From an uncultured Gammaproteobacteria bacterium (lineage in GTDB: Bacteria > Patescibacteriota > Microgenomatia > Levybacterales > UBA12049), in assembly GCA_964521295.1 (NCBI GenBank), contig CAZFRF010000001.1, positions 7,751 to 71,750 on the forward strand: a stretch of 64,000 bases of DNA, in the 5' to 3' direction. Of this stretch, positions 1 through 10,300 are shown piece after piece. Positions within the stretch are counted from its first letter, which is position 1; each line of letters begins with the position of its first letter. The notes beneath the pieces are model-generated. The model did not search any database. It had not been told where the DNA came from and was given only the letters and a program-made list of their open reading frames with translations. Both the position numbers and the translations under genes were made by a program.

Positions 1-1022
1 TGGTCTCGTCTTTGTTGCAAAGCTAGGTCTGCAGTTTCACGGGTTGCATAAACCCCGCGAAGTTCAACAGGTAGAAGTTGAGCCATCGCTAGACCTAATC
101 TTGTGTCTAATTCTTCGAATTCTCTATGTTTAACTATGTATTGAATATCAGCATCATCAGTTCTAATTCCTTCTCCTACGGTTACACTGCAAACTCCTGT
201 TTTTCCGAGTAATCCCGCTTTCCAGCCTTCTAGGGTAGGTAGTTTATGATTTGATGGATCATTAATTTCATAGCCTCCTACAATTCCTACAGGAATAAAT
301 AATACGCCTTTTCTTCTAAATTTGCGAGAGATAGCATAGGCACTTGCTGTGGCATTTTCGGCAAGAAGTTGCATGCCAATTCTATTTCCATTGTCATCGC
401 GTCTTCCGCCTTGTACCGTTCCTTCAGGTAAAACCGAACGCATTTCAAAGCCTGCTTTAATCATTCCTGAAGCATGGGCTAAGAATTCTTCTTGGTTTCT
501 TTGTTCATCTCTTTTTTGCACGTCATTTGGTGTAGCTGTGTAGACAGGTATGACGCCATTTTCAACTAAGATAGGGAGAGTAGCGTCAAACATTATACTT
601 AATAATTTTCCTTGACCTTTCCTTTCAGGTGTAGTTGGATCTGTTGATCTACTTCCATTTTCTCCATTGACTCTCTTTAAGCTTTTGGCAAAAGGCATAA
701 AAGCGCCTCTTACTTCTTCTCCTAATGGCCTACCAATACTTGCAATTACTGCAGTTCTTTTGACAGCTGGAGCTAGTAGGAGTGCATCGGCCCAAGCAGT
801 ATGATTGCCATCTAAATCAATAGCGAAATTATCTTGTATAGCAGATGAGATCGTATATTCAAAATCTGGAGGAAAGGAATATGAGGTAACATCGAGAACT
901 CTTTGAGTTAACTTATTTACTACAAAACGGGGAAGTGCACCCCAATATCTTTCGGCTCCTTGTGGCTTTGGCTTGGTATCTTTAATCACTTGTCGTGATT
1001 GGGGCGTTTCAATTCTTTGCAT
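1..1022 (-). CDS. Acyltransferase of the PlsC/GPAT (lysophospholipid acyltransferase) family; partial, 3' end lies beyond the window start
   Basis: Hand translation of the minus strand from the ATG at 1022..1020 gives a continuous ORF running off the window edge. It carries the HxxxxD block (NHTAWAD) and a PEGT block (VLPEGTV) typical of glycerolipid acyltransferases. The ORF track does not list it because it lacks a stop inside the window. Confidence 0.55.
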   Translation of the reverse strand, partial: MQRIETPQSRQVIKDTKPKPQGAERYWGALPRFVVNKLTQRVLDVTSYSFPPDFEYTISSAIQDNFAIDLDGNHTAWADALLLAPAVKRTAVIASIGRPLGEEVRGAFMPFAKSLKRVNGENGSRSTDPTTPERKGQGKLLSIMFDATLPILVENGVIPVYTATPNDVQKRDEQRNQEEFLAHASGMIKAGFEMRSVLPEGTVQGGRRDDNGNRIGMQLLAENATASAYAISRKFRRKGVLFIPVGIVGGYEINDPSNHKLPTLEGWKAGLLGKTGVCSVTVGEGIRTDDADIQYIVKHREFEELDTRLGLAMAQLLPVELRGVYATRETADLALQQRRD

Positions 1023-1100
1023 AATCAGCAATTTTAGCAGATTTATGTATAAATTGCCTGTTGAAAAGACTTACTGCGATAGTATATATTTCTATGTGAA

Positions 1101-1799
1101 ATGGCAGGACTTACAAAGGGTAAATTTATTGTTATTGATGGAAATGATGGATCTGGTAAAACCACACAGTTAAATCTTCTTAAATCTTTTTTAGAAAAAC
1201 AAAATATTCCCACTGCAGTTTTCGATTTCCCACAATATAAAACATTTCATGGTGAAACAGTTGGTAGATTTTTAGCAGGCGAGTTTGGTAGCTTAGATAG
1301 CGTTTCACCATATCTCTTAGCGTATCCTTATGCAATGGATAGACTAGGTGCATCGCCGCATATTAAAGCAGCACTTGCTGAGGGGAAAATTGTTTTAGCT
1401 AATAGGTATGTTGCTTCTAATCTTGCTCATCAATCAGGAAGGTTACCTAAAGCGCAACGCAGGAATTTTGTTGATTGGGATATAGAATTTGAATATTATC
1501 TAAATGGATTGCCTAGGGAAGATTTTTTAATTTATCTGTATGTTCCACATAAACATACAAAAAAATTAATGAAAAATAAGGATAGGGGGAAAAGAGAATA
1601 TTTAAATGGAAAAATAAAAGATATTGCTGAAAGCGATACGGATTATATAACAGGAGCAGAAGAAGCATATATGGATTTAGTAGAAAGATTTGATCATTGG
1701 ATAAAAATTAATTGCGTTGATGAAAAACAAAGGCTCTTGTCAAAAGAGGAAGTGCATGAAAAAATAAAGCTTGAACTTTTAAGCAGAAACATAATATGA
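1101..1799 (+). CDS. tmk: Thymidylate kinase
   Basis: P-loop IDGNDGSGKTT, a DRY-like motif, ~230 aa; a near-consensus promoter sits just upstream. Confidence 0.9.
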   Translation: MAGLTKGKFIVIDGNDGSGKTTQLNLLKSFLEKQNIPTAVFDFPQYKTFHGETVGRFLAGEFGSLDSVSPYLLAYPYAMDRLGASPHIKAALAEGKIVLANRYVASNLAHQSGRLPKAQRRNFVDWDIEFEYYLNGLPREDFLIYLYVPHKHTKKLMKNKDRGKREYLNGKIKDIAESDTDYITGAEEAYMDLVERFDHWIKINCVDEKQRLLSKEEVHEKIKLELLSRNII

Positions 1800-2227
1800 A
1801 AGTAAATATAAAAAGAATTGATAAGAGCCTGCCAATACCAGAGTATAAAACTAAAGGTGCTGTTGGTTTTGATTTTTATACCAGAGAAGACGCAATTGTA
1901 AAACCTGGGGAGGCAGTGCTTATTCCACTTAATATAATTTTCAAAGTTCCTAAGGGATATGTTTTGTCAATTATTCCTAGGTCATCGACTCCCAAAAAAG
2001 GACTTTTAATTCCTAATAGTCCAGGAACTATTGATCAGGATTATTGCGGAGACAGTGACGAGTTAAAAGTTTGGGCATATAATTTTACAAAGAAAAAAGT
2101 CTTAGTAGAAAAAGGGGAGAGAATTTGTCAGGGAATATTATATAAGGTTGGAATTGCAAAATTTTCAGAAGTTAAAAAGATGAGTTCTAAATCAAGGGGG
2201 GGATTTGGAACAACAGGACATAAATAA
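1796..2227 (+). CDS. dut: dUTP diphosphatase
   Basis: C-terminal RGGFGTTG motif and IDQDY motif; overlaps the tmk stop in an ATGA junction. Confidence 0.88.
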   Translation: MKVNIKRIDKSLPIPEYKTKGAVGFDFYTREDAIVKPGEAVLIPLNIIFKVPKGYVLSIIPRSSTPKKGLLIPNSPGTIDQDYCGDSDELKVWAYNFTKKKVLVEKGERICQGILYKVGIAKFSEVKKMSSKSRGGFGTTGHK

Positions 2228-2228
2228 C

Positions 2229-3896
2229 ATGCTTAAAAAAGATTTAAAATTTGCTCCTAATTTCGAAAAATTATTTTTATCAGAAAAAGAAGAATATTTA
2301 TTAAAACCATTCTTTACCAATTTAGATAAAAATACATTTGCAGTTACCTTTTTACCTCCTGAAGTAATTGGCGCGCTTTGTTCAAGAACGTCAAGAGCAA
2401 AGGGAGATTTAAGGGTAGTTTTGCTTAAGGAATTTTTAGAGCCATTTGTAAAAGAAAAAAGTATTTATGGAAAATCTTTAAAAAGTTTAATTTCCTTTTT
2501 ACATAAAAATCCGATTGAACTTATTTTTTCAAATCCTAAAGGTAGAGAGTTTTATGTTAAATGGTTAGCTCAATATGGTGACGATTCAATTGCGCAAATG
2601 GCCGGAACTCATTTAGTTTTTAGCGCAATTTCTCAAATCGCTATTAAGCATTTTGAGGACATGAGGGTAGGTCTTGCTCCAATTGAGAAGTCTACTAGAT
2701 ATGTGGATTATTCTGCAAAAATAAATAATAAATATAGGTATTACACTGATCCAATTCTTAAAAAATTAGGTTTAGAAAAAGAATATAAAGAGGCAATGGA
2801 TAATTTATTTGATACTTATACAAAAATTATCACCCAATATTTCGCAATTTTAAAAATTAAATATCCTGATGAAAAAGACCAAGTCTTAAAGGCAAAAGCT
2901 TTTGATGTAACCAGAGGTTTATTGCCAATGGCAACACTTTCTCAAGTTGCATTTTTTGGTAATGGTCAAGCATATGAATATTTAATGGCAAGATCCTTAG
3001 ATCATAAATTAGGTGAAATTAAATTTTTAGCAGCTGAGGCTTTTGAAGAGTTGGATAAAATCATACCAGCATTTTTAAGAAGATCAGAAGGGGAAGCAGC
3101 AATGGAATATAGAGAATATTTAAATTTTAAAGATTTAGAACTAGAAAAAATAGTTAAAAAACTAAAAATTAAAAACGGAAAAATTAATAATACTTCAGAA
3201 ATTAAAATTGTAGATTTTGATAAAGATGGAGAAGACAGGGTAATTGCTGGACTTATATATCCTAAGCTGCATGTTTCTTATGAGGAGGCTTTTAAAATGG
3301 TTAAGAAAATGTCACAAAAACAAAAAAAGCAAATTTTAGATAGCGTTTTTTCGAAACGAAAAGCTAGGTGGTATAAAGTACCTAGAGCCTTTGAAAATGC
3401 TTTTGTAACTTTTGATATGACTTTAAATGCAGGCGCTTGGAGAGATTTGCATAGGCACAGAATGTTAACGCAGTTCAGGCAGAGATTTTCTATCTATAAT
3501 GGTTTCGATATTCCGGAAGATCTGAAGGGAACTGGACTTGATAAATTATTTATTTCTGCAGTTTCAAAGGCAGAAAAAGTATTTAAAAAAATTGAAAGAA
3601 AAGATCCTGATCTTGCTCAATATGCTGTAACCATGGCACATAGAGTTAGATTTTTACAAAAGCAAAATTTACGAAGCTTTTTCTGGCAATCAGAGTTAAG
3701 AACTACTTCTCAAGGTCATCCAGATTACAGAAAAGCAGAGCAGGAAAAAGCAAAGCTTGTTAAAAAGATTTATCCGCTTCTCGGAAATTATTTGATGGTT
3801 GATTTCAATGATTATGGTTTTGCTAGAAGAGGAACGATTGAAAAAATAGAGCAAAGAGAAAAAAAGCTTCTTAAAGAGCTTGCTAAGAAAAGTTGA
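2229..3896 (+). CDS. thyX: Flavin-dependent thymidylate synthase, long (~555 aa) form
   Basis: ThyX signature RHRmlTqfrQRFS (RHR...S..R-aromatic-S) and C-terminal NLRsFFwqSELRttsqghpDyRkaEQE resembling the ThyX NLRnwfhFlnLR...AqwEiR block. The listed ORF starts at 2205 inside dut; the ATG at 2229 just after the dut stop is the more likely start. Confidence 0.72.
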   Translation: MLKKDLKFAPNFEKLFLSEKEEYLLKPFFTNLDKNTFAVTFLPPEVIGALCSRTSRAKGDLRVVLLKEFLEPFVKEKSIYGKSLKSLISFLHKNPIELIFSNPKGREFYVKWLAQYGDDSIAQMAGTHLVFSAISQIAIKHFEDMRVGLAPIEKSTRYVDYSAKINNKYRYYTDPILKKLGLEKEYKEAMDNLFDTYTKIITQYFAILKIKYPDEKDQVLKAKAFDVTRGLLPMATLSQVAFFGNGQAYEYLMARSLDHKLGEIKFLAAEAFEELDKIIPAFLRRSEGEAAMEYREYLNFKDLELEKIVKKLKIKNGKINNTSEIKIVDFDKDGEDRVIAGLIYPKLHVSYEEAFKMVKKMSQKQKKQILDSVFSKRKARWYKVPRAFENAFVTFDMTLNAGAWRDLHRHRMLTQFRQRFSIYNGFDIPEDLKGTGLDKLFISAVSKAEKVFKKIERKDPDLAQYAVTMAHRVRFLQKQNLRSFFWQSELRTTSQGHPDYRKAEQEKAKLVKKIYPLLGNYLMVDFNDYGFARRGTIEKIEQREKKLLKELAKKS

Positions 3897-3920
3897 TAAA
3901 AAGCCTCATTTAGACTACAA

Positions 3921-5114
3921 TTGCAGACTATGGGATTATTAGTAGAAAATTCACTTGGTAGATTTGTCGCAGATTCTATAGCCACATCTGGTCCAATGCC
4001 TTTTGATAGGTATGTAGATTATTGGCATGCTGGTGTAACTTTGCCAAGCGGAGTTCATTTACCAGGGTTTTATGAAAGAAAAGATTTAAAAATTGGTAAT
4101 GATTACGGATCTTTATCTGACCAAAAAGTAGATTTTACAACCTATCCTGAACTTACTCCTATTTTTGGCTTTATGATGGCTCAGCATATTTTGGATTTAG
4201 CTTCTAGAATGACAACTACAAAGGATTTTCAAATTGTTGAAATGGGAGCCGGAAATGGAACATTAGCTTCTGATGTTATGCATGGACTTAAATATTACAA
4301 TCCAGATTTTCAATATAACTATACAATTGTTGAAAGAAGTTCAACTTTAGCCGCCGCTCAAAGATCAAGATTAGTGAACCTACCGGCTCAAGTTATTGAA
4401 GGTTCTGCAGTAACAGATTTACCACAAGGAGTAAGGGGTGTATTTTTATCCAATGAGTTAGTTGACGATTTGTCTTCAAAAGTTGTTTTAACTACTCCGC
4501 AAAGAGCTATTCAAGAATTGTTTGTTGGCTTAGGAGAAAATGATAGATTTAAACCTAGCTGGAGACAGCCAACAGAAGGAGTTGAAGAGTATGTGGCTAA
4601 ATATCGTAGAATGCCTATGGGAAGACAATATACGAGGGCCCCTGTGCACATGGCCGGCAAAGAATGGTTAACACGAGTTGCTAATTCATTAGAAGAAGGC
4701 TTTGTGATTACTGTCGATTATCCATTTGATGAATATCCACATAGTTTGGGTTTTGCGGGAGATGTTTTTATTCCACATGTTGCAAAATCAAGAGAAGTTG
4801 TAAGGGATAATACTGGACAAATGGATTGTTTCAGTTTAGAGAATGTGGGTAAGGGAAACATTACAGTTCCCGTAGATTTTACAGCCCTAGCATTAATTGG
4901 AGCAGAACATGGACTTTTAACAACCAGCGATATGTCTTTAACAGATTTTTTACCTAAATATAGGCCTGGTCAATTAATTGGTGAACTTCAAGCAATGCCG
5001 AGAGAGAGGCAGTTGGAGATTTTGGGTGGTCGTGAGCTTGCGGCAAAATATTTGGGTCATACAGAATTTACAGATAGCTTCAGAGTCTTAACTCAAAGAA
5101 AAGTAGCAAGGTAA
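3921..5114 (+). CDS. SAM-dependent methyltransferase, MidA/NDUFAF7-like (COG1565, DUF185)
   Basis: EMGAGNGTL glycine-rich SAM motif typical of MidA-family proteins; ~390 aa. Confidence 0.5.
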   Translation: MQTMGLLVENSLGRFVADSIATSGPMPFDRYVDYWHAGVTLPSGVHLPGFYERKDLKIGNDYGSLSDQKVDFTTYPELTPIFGFMMAQHILDLASRMTTTKDFQIVEMGAGNGTLASDVMHGLKYYNPDFQYNYTIVERSSTLAAAQRSRLVNLPAQVIEGSAVTDLPQGVRGVFLSNELVDDLSSKVVLTTPQRAIQELFVGLGENDRFKPSWRQPTEGVEEYVAKYRRMPMGRQYTRAPVHMAGKEWLTRVANSLEEGFVITVDYPFDEYPHSLGFAGDVFIPHVAKSREVVRDNTGQMDCFSLENVGKGNITVPVDFTALALIGAEHGLLTTSDMSLTDFLPKYRPGQLIGELQAMPRERQLEILGGRELAAKYLGHTEFTDSFRVLTQRKVAR

Positions 5115-5122
5115 AGTAATTG

Positions 5123-5151
5123 TTGAAATAGCCAAAACGTTAAGTTATACT
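5123..5151 (+). promoter_or_regulatory. sigma70-type promoter TTGAAA-17-TATACT, 7 nt upstream of the glyA ATG (leaderless-like)
   Basis: Hexamers and spacing read directly from the sequence. Confidence 0.45.
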
Positions 5152-5158
5152 CCAATAA

Positions 5159-6478
5159 ATGAACTCATTAAAAAAGACAGATCTGCAAATCTATAAGCTA
5201 GTTTTGGCAGAGGAAAAAAGACAAGCCGAAGTACTAGAAATGATTCCTTCTGAAAATTATACTTCTAAAGCTGTAATGGAAGCCTTGGGAACTGTCTTAA
5301 CCAATAAATATTCTGAGGGTTATCCTAAGAAAAGATACTATCAGGGAAATAGTGTAGTTGATGAGGTTGAGTCATTAGCGCAAGATAGGGCTCAAAAGCT
5401 CTTTAAGGTGCCCTACGTGAACGTACAACCCCTTTCTGGATCTGCAGCAAATGCAGCAGTATATTTTGCAACTTTAAACCCTGGAGATAAAATAATGGGT
5501 CTATCTTTGGCTTTTGGTGGACATTTAACTCACGGTGCACCTTTAACTTTTTCTTCCCGTTTTTTTAAGTCAGTTCAATATGAATTGGGCAAAGACACAT
5601 TGCTTGATTATAATGCAATTGAAAAGTTAGCGCTAAAAGAAAAACCTCAAATAATCGTTTGTGGATTTACAGCATATTCGCAAATTATTGATTTTAAACG
5701 TTTTGGTCAAATAGCAGATAAGGTGGGAGCATATTTACTTGCAGACATATCTCATATTACTGGACTTGTTGCCGCGGGTGTTCATCCATCGCCAGTTCCA
5801 TATGTACATATCGTTACTACAACAACACATAAAACTTTAAGAGGACCAAGGGGAGCAATGATTATGGTAACAAATAAAGGACTTAAAAAGGATTCAGACT
5901 TACCTAAAAAAATTGATAGCGCAATCATTCCTGGTCTTCAGGGTGGACCACACGATAATCAAACGGCAGCAATTGCTGTTTCTTTACTTGAAGCAAGTAA
6001 GCCAAGTTTTGTTAAATATGCAAATCAAATTGTTAAAAATTCTAAAACTTTAGCTAATGAATTAATAAGTAAAGGCTATAAATTAGTTGGTAACGGATCA
6101 GAAAATCATTTGATTTTAGTTGATTTAAGAAATAAGGGAATAAACGGTGCAGTTGCCGCTTTAGCACTTGAGACTGCTGGAATCGTAGTAAATAAAAATG
6201 GAGTTCCATTTGATACAAATCCGCCTTTTTATCCATCAGGAATAAGGTTGGGCACACCAGCTATTACCACTAGGGGAATGAAAGAAAAAGAAATGATTAA
6301 AGTAGCAAGTTTTATGGATAGAGCTTTAAATGAAGTCTCTGGAATTGATTTACCAAAAGACAAAGAAGAAAGAAAAGAAGAGTGGAAGAAAGTTAAAGCA
6401 AATATTGTAAAAAATAAGAAGCTTTTACAAATTGCAAAAGAAGTAAAAAACTTAACGGCAAAGTTCCCACTGCCCTAA
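5159..6478 (+). CDS. glyA: Serine hydroxymethyltransferase
   Basis: Strong SHMT similarity throughout (MIPSENYTS..., PLP-lysine region TTTTHKTLRGPRG). Confidence 0.95.
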   Translation: MNSLKKTDLQIYKLVLAEEKRQAEVLEMIPSENYTSKAVMEALGTVLTNKYSEGYPKKRYYQGNSVVDEVESLAQDRAQKLFKVPYVNVQPLSGSAANAAVYFATLNPGDKIMGLSLAFGGHLTHGAPLTFSSRFFKSVQYELGKDTLLDYNAIEKLALKEKPQIIVCGFTAYSQIIDFKRFGQIADKVGAYLLADISHITGLVAAGVHPSPVPYVHIVTTTTHKTLRGPRGAMIMVTNKGLKKDSDLPKKIDSAIIPGLQGGPHDNQTAAIAVSLLEASKPSFVKYANQIVKNSKTLANELISKGYKLVGNGSENHLILVDLRNKGINGAVAALALETAGIVVNKNGVPFDTNPPFYPSGIRLGTPAITTRGMKEKEMIKVASFMDRALNEVSGIDLPKDKEERKEEWKKVKANIVKNKKLLQIAKEVKNLTAKFPLP

Positions 6479-6487
6479 TTATTAAAA

Positions 6488-7381
6488 ATGGCTTTATCAA
6501 GACATGAAACGTTTTCATGGTTTCATAACAGAGGAAATAGAGGTGTGACGGTAGGCAATAGAGGGGGTTCACGCAGGTCTCGATATGATTTAGCTAGGGA
6601 GCACATACGTGATACATTTGATGATCAGGCATCAGGAATAGCTACGGGAAGATATGCCGCTTTTAGGGGTCTGAAGGGAGCTGCCTTTTTAGATGAATAT
6701 TTGCGAGATCCTCTTTTTTCTCAGTTTTTTACTGGAGCTGCAGACTTCGCTACTTCGGAACCAGATAATGATGAGTTTGAACGACATGTTAGAGGAGCAG
6801 CTTTTGAGTTGATGGCAGATTTATATTTAGCTTCACATGATCGTTCACCTCGAGTGCCGATTACAGGAACAATAGCAGCTGAAGTTCAGCATATATTAAA
6901 ACCAGATTTAAAAGTTATTGAAAGCAAAATAGGGCAGCAAGGTATACATCGTCAAACTCTTTATGATGGATTTATGGTACAAAGCAATCGTAAGGGTGCA
7001 CCCCGGGCTGAGGGAGCTATTGAGGCAACATTAAGCAGTGATTGGCGGGTTAAAAAAACAAGGCAGATTAGGGGGGTTAGTCGATTTTTTGAAGACTTAC
7101 GAGAATTGGGATGTAGAGATCCTTATTTAATAATAATTACACCTAAGTTTGCTCCTGATGGATCTCATGATTCCCAGTTTGAAATTGTAGAAGGGCAAGT
7201 TATTGAACGAGCTTATGTTCCTGTTTCTATTCAGTATTTGATGAAGGAATTTTTCCCTTATTTATTTAATGAACATCAGATTGTAGATAGTCTAACTTTG
7301 GCTGAACAAAGAACACAATGGTTGGCAAGTCCTGCAGTTAGTGATATGAAAATCGGGGAGCCTGCATTTTACAGAAAATAG
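6488..7381 (+). CDS. Hypothetical protein, atypical composition (Arg/Gly/Asp-rich), co-directional 10 nt downstream of glyA
   Basis: Long ORF with host-like codon usage; no recognisable motif. Confidence 0.5.
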   Translation: MALSRHETFSWFHNRGNRGVTVGNRGGSRRSRYDLAREHIRDTFDDQASGIATGRYAAFRGLKGAAFLDEYLRDPLFSQFFTGAADFATSEPDNDEFERHVRGAAFELMADLYLASHDRSPRVPITGTIAAEVQHILKPDLKVIESKIGQQGIHRQTLYDGFMVQSNRKGAPRAEGAIEATLSSDWRVKKTRQIRGVSRFFEDLRELGCRDPYLIIITPKFAPDGSHDSQFEIVEGQVIERAYVPVSIQYLMKEFFPYLFNEHQIVDSLTLAEQRTQWLASPAVSDMKIGEPAFYRK

Positions 7382-7388
7382 AAAAAGC

Positions 7389-10300
7389 TTATGGTGCAAC
7401 TTCTCTCCAGATTCTAGGAGCTACTTGTAAAAATGAGGGCGCATTAAGGGTAAAATCTGGTCTTTCTTGAATGTAAAACACAGGGCAATTGGCATCATCG
7501 GCACATCTGTCTCTATTATTTATAAAGCTTCCTCCGTTAAGTCCTGCATTTACAACAATAGCTCCTTGTAGATTTAGTCTATAATCTTTCGTTGGACAAT
7601 TATTTTCTCCGTCTAGGGTAAAGTTTCTGTCAGCACTATACCAGCCTTCAACTTGGAAACTATCGTAGACATTGGCTTGGTTGATGCCGACAGTTCTATT
7701 AATAATGATATTTCCTCCGTTACCATTGCTTCTGGGTCCAGCGCTAAAGATTACTGTTGAACCAATAGGAACATGAATTTCATTATCAATATATAAGTTT
7801 CCATGAACTAGGATTACATAATTTTTGCCTGCAGGGAATGTTGTATTTTCAGTGATACGTAAATCACCCTCAGCTCTGTAAATTCCATTTGGTAGAGCAG
7901 CAGCTGTATTTGGTAAATCGCAATCATTTAAGTTTCCACCGCAGTAGCTAGTTAAGTCTCTAATAGTTAAACCGTTTTTAGTTGCTGCCGCTAAGAGATA
8001 ATTATAAGAAGTTTTGATAATTCCGTTACTTGGTGTATAAGTTTCTGGATACTTGCCAACGCCAGGAATGTCTCCAACTTGCCAGTTGTAGGGATTAACT
8101 GATGCTTGACCTCCACCAAAATCTGGAGCGGCATTGCCAGAGTAAATTACTCCTGGAGTACTATCAGTTCTTAGTCTAATTGAACCATAAGCTCCGTGGG
8201 TTGTACCATCTGGTTCAGTGCAGACTGCTCCAAGTGGAATTTGATTAGTGTATCCATCATTAAACCAGATATCTGATCCACCTGATTGTATCCAAGGAAC
8301 GTTATTATTTATTCCAAAATTCATATTCGTAATGTTTCCAGAATTGCATTGTGTTTTCCAGCTGGAATTACTTGGAGTTCTTCCATCATTAGTGGTGCAT
8401 TGTCCCGTTCCGGTTCTAACTGTTAAATTAGGTGTCCCATCGACTTTTGGATAGGTCATTAAGTAGCTTGCAGGTTTACTAGAATAAGCTACGGTGTAGT
8501 TTCCAGCAGTTAGGCCTGTAAAGTTAAAAGCGCCTGTGTTGTTAGTTACCGTTTTTAACGGTGAAGTTGATTCGTCAGGCAAGGAAGAACCACTGTATAA
8601 ATAAATTCTTGTTTGACCAGCGCTATAATTTGCATCTGTATTATTTTTATATCCGTCTTTATTCTCATCTATAAAAACATTTCCTGAGATGGTGAAGTAG
8701 GGTACAATCTCAATTTGTGCTTCATAGCTTCTACATACATTGGATCCTGGATTACAGACGGAAACCGTTGGATGGGCAAAAGTGTTCAAGGTATTATATG
8801 AGCTTTCAATGCTCCAAGTGGTTGTTGGCTGATTAACATTTATAGTTGTGCCATGGTCAGGAGTAGGCCATTTGTAATCTGGAACTCTATTATCAACTGT
8901 TCTGCAGCCAACCGCTGTAAGTCTTGATGTGTCTTGATTTGTGACACCGGGGTGAACAAGAGTAGGGTTAGCCGTTAATCCACCTGTGCAAGTTGGGGGA
9001 GGGGGTTGAATTCCAAAATTTGCCACTTGATTAGCTGGTGGTACAACGTGTTTTGTTTGTGGGTTATTGGTAGTTAAGGTCCATCCAGATGGAATACCGG
9101 AAATGGTAATTGTGTAATCATTAGCTGGTAATCTTGTTAAAGCTACTGATCCAGCAGCTCCAGTGTCACCAGATTTATATGTTGGATCAGCATCTGTTGC
9201 AATGTCATAGGGAATGTTTTTTGCTGCTATATCAGTTGAATCTTGAGTTGCATTACCATCGTAATCAACAAAAGTATTAATTGTTAAATTACCAAGACAC
9301 GCAGTTTGTGCACCAGTAGTTCTATGTGCGGTTACACTTTTAACAGTTGGGTCATCATGAGTACCTGTTGTGTGGCCAATAACATACCAATCATATTGAG
9401 TATTAAATGCTAAACCTTCAACTGTACGAGTATTTGGTCCAGATGCTTTTGGTTCAATTTTACCTATTCTTGTAAAATTAGCAGAAGAGTGTCTTTTGTA
9501 ATATAAATCGTAACTATCCTCATAGGGTATATGGCTCCAGCTAAATGTAATTGCTGCTCTGTTGGAGCTATCGCAGGATGCCGAAGAGCTTAGATCTACA
9601 GGGCCGACAGGACAACCTGATCCACAAACTGCTGCATTCAAATTGCGTACATCATTGGTGTTTCTAACGCATTCTTTATGTCTTTGTATTCCGGTACCTT
9701 TAAATTCACAAGTCGTTCCATATCTTACACAGGAGTTATTTCCTGTTCCGCAAACTCTAACATTATCACAGTCATTATCGTTTTGGCATTCATCAACGGG
9801 ACCACATTTATTATTGCAATCACTGCTAGCATAATCTCCTCCGACTTTTTTTACGCATTGTCCGTTACTTTGACAACTATATCTATTTACGCAATCATTA
9901 CTAACACAGGTTTTATTGTTATTGCAGTCAGTGTTCTTAGTACAATCACAAGAGCCATTATTTACGCATGTTCTATTGTCCTTATCTGTGTTAGTTCGAC
10001 ACATGCTTGAACCACTGTAGTTATAATTACAGCTATATGTTGTTCTGGTGCAGTTTGAATTGCAGACGGATTGTCCGTTAGAGCAAAGATCGACAAGCCC
10101 GGCTTTAACACAATCATTGCTGGTATTGGCAGGACATTTAGTATTAAAATAAACAGCACCTAAATTATTGGGTTTTCCGCAACCTCTATACTTTATTGTA
10201 TTAGTAGATCCACTATGGCAAGATGCATCTGTGCCAATTAAGTAATATACATTGTATGGGTCAGATGGTCCACCAACATATGTTGCTTTTACATCAAATT

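Noticed and set aside
973-1173. 66-aa + strand ORF spanning the tmk promoter
   Set aside because: Overlaps the start of the minus-strand acyltransferase and the tmk promoter and start; low-complexity translation; an artefact.
6054-6257. Minus-strand 67-aa ORF inside glyA
   Set aside because: Entirely antisense to a strongly conserved SHMT coding region.
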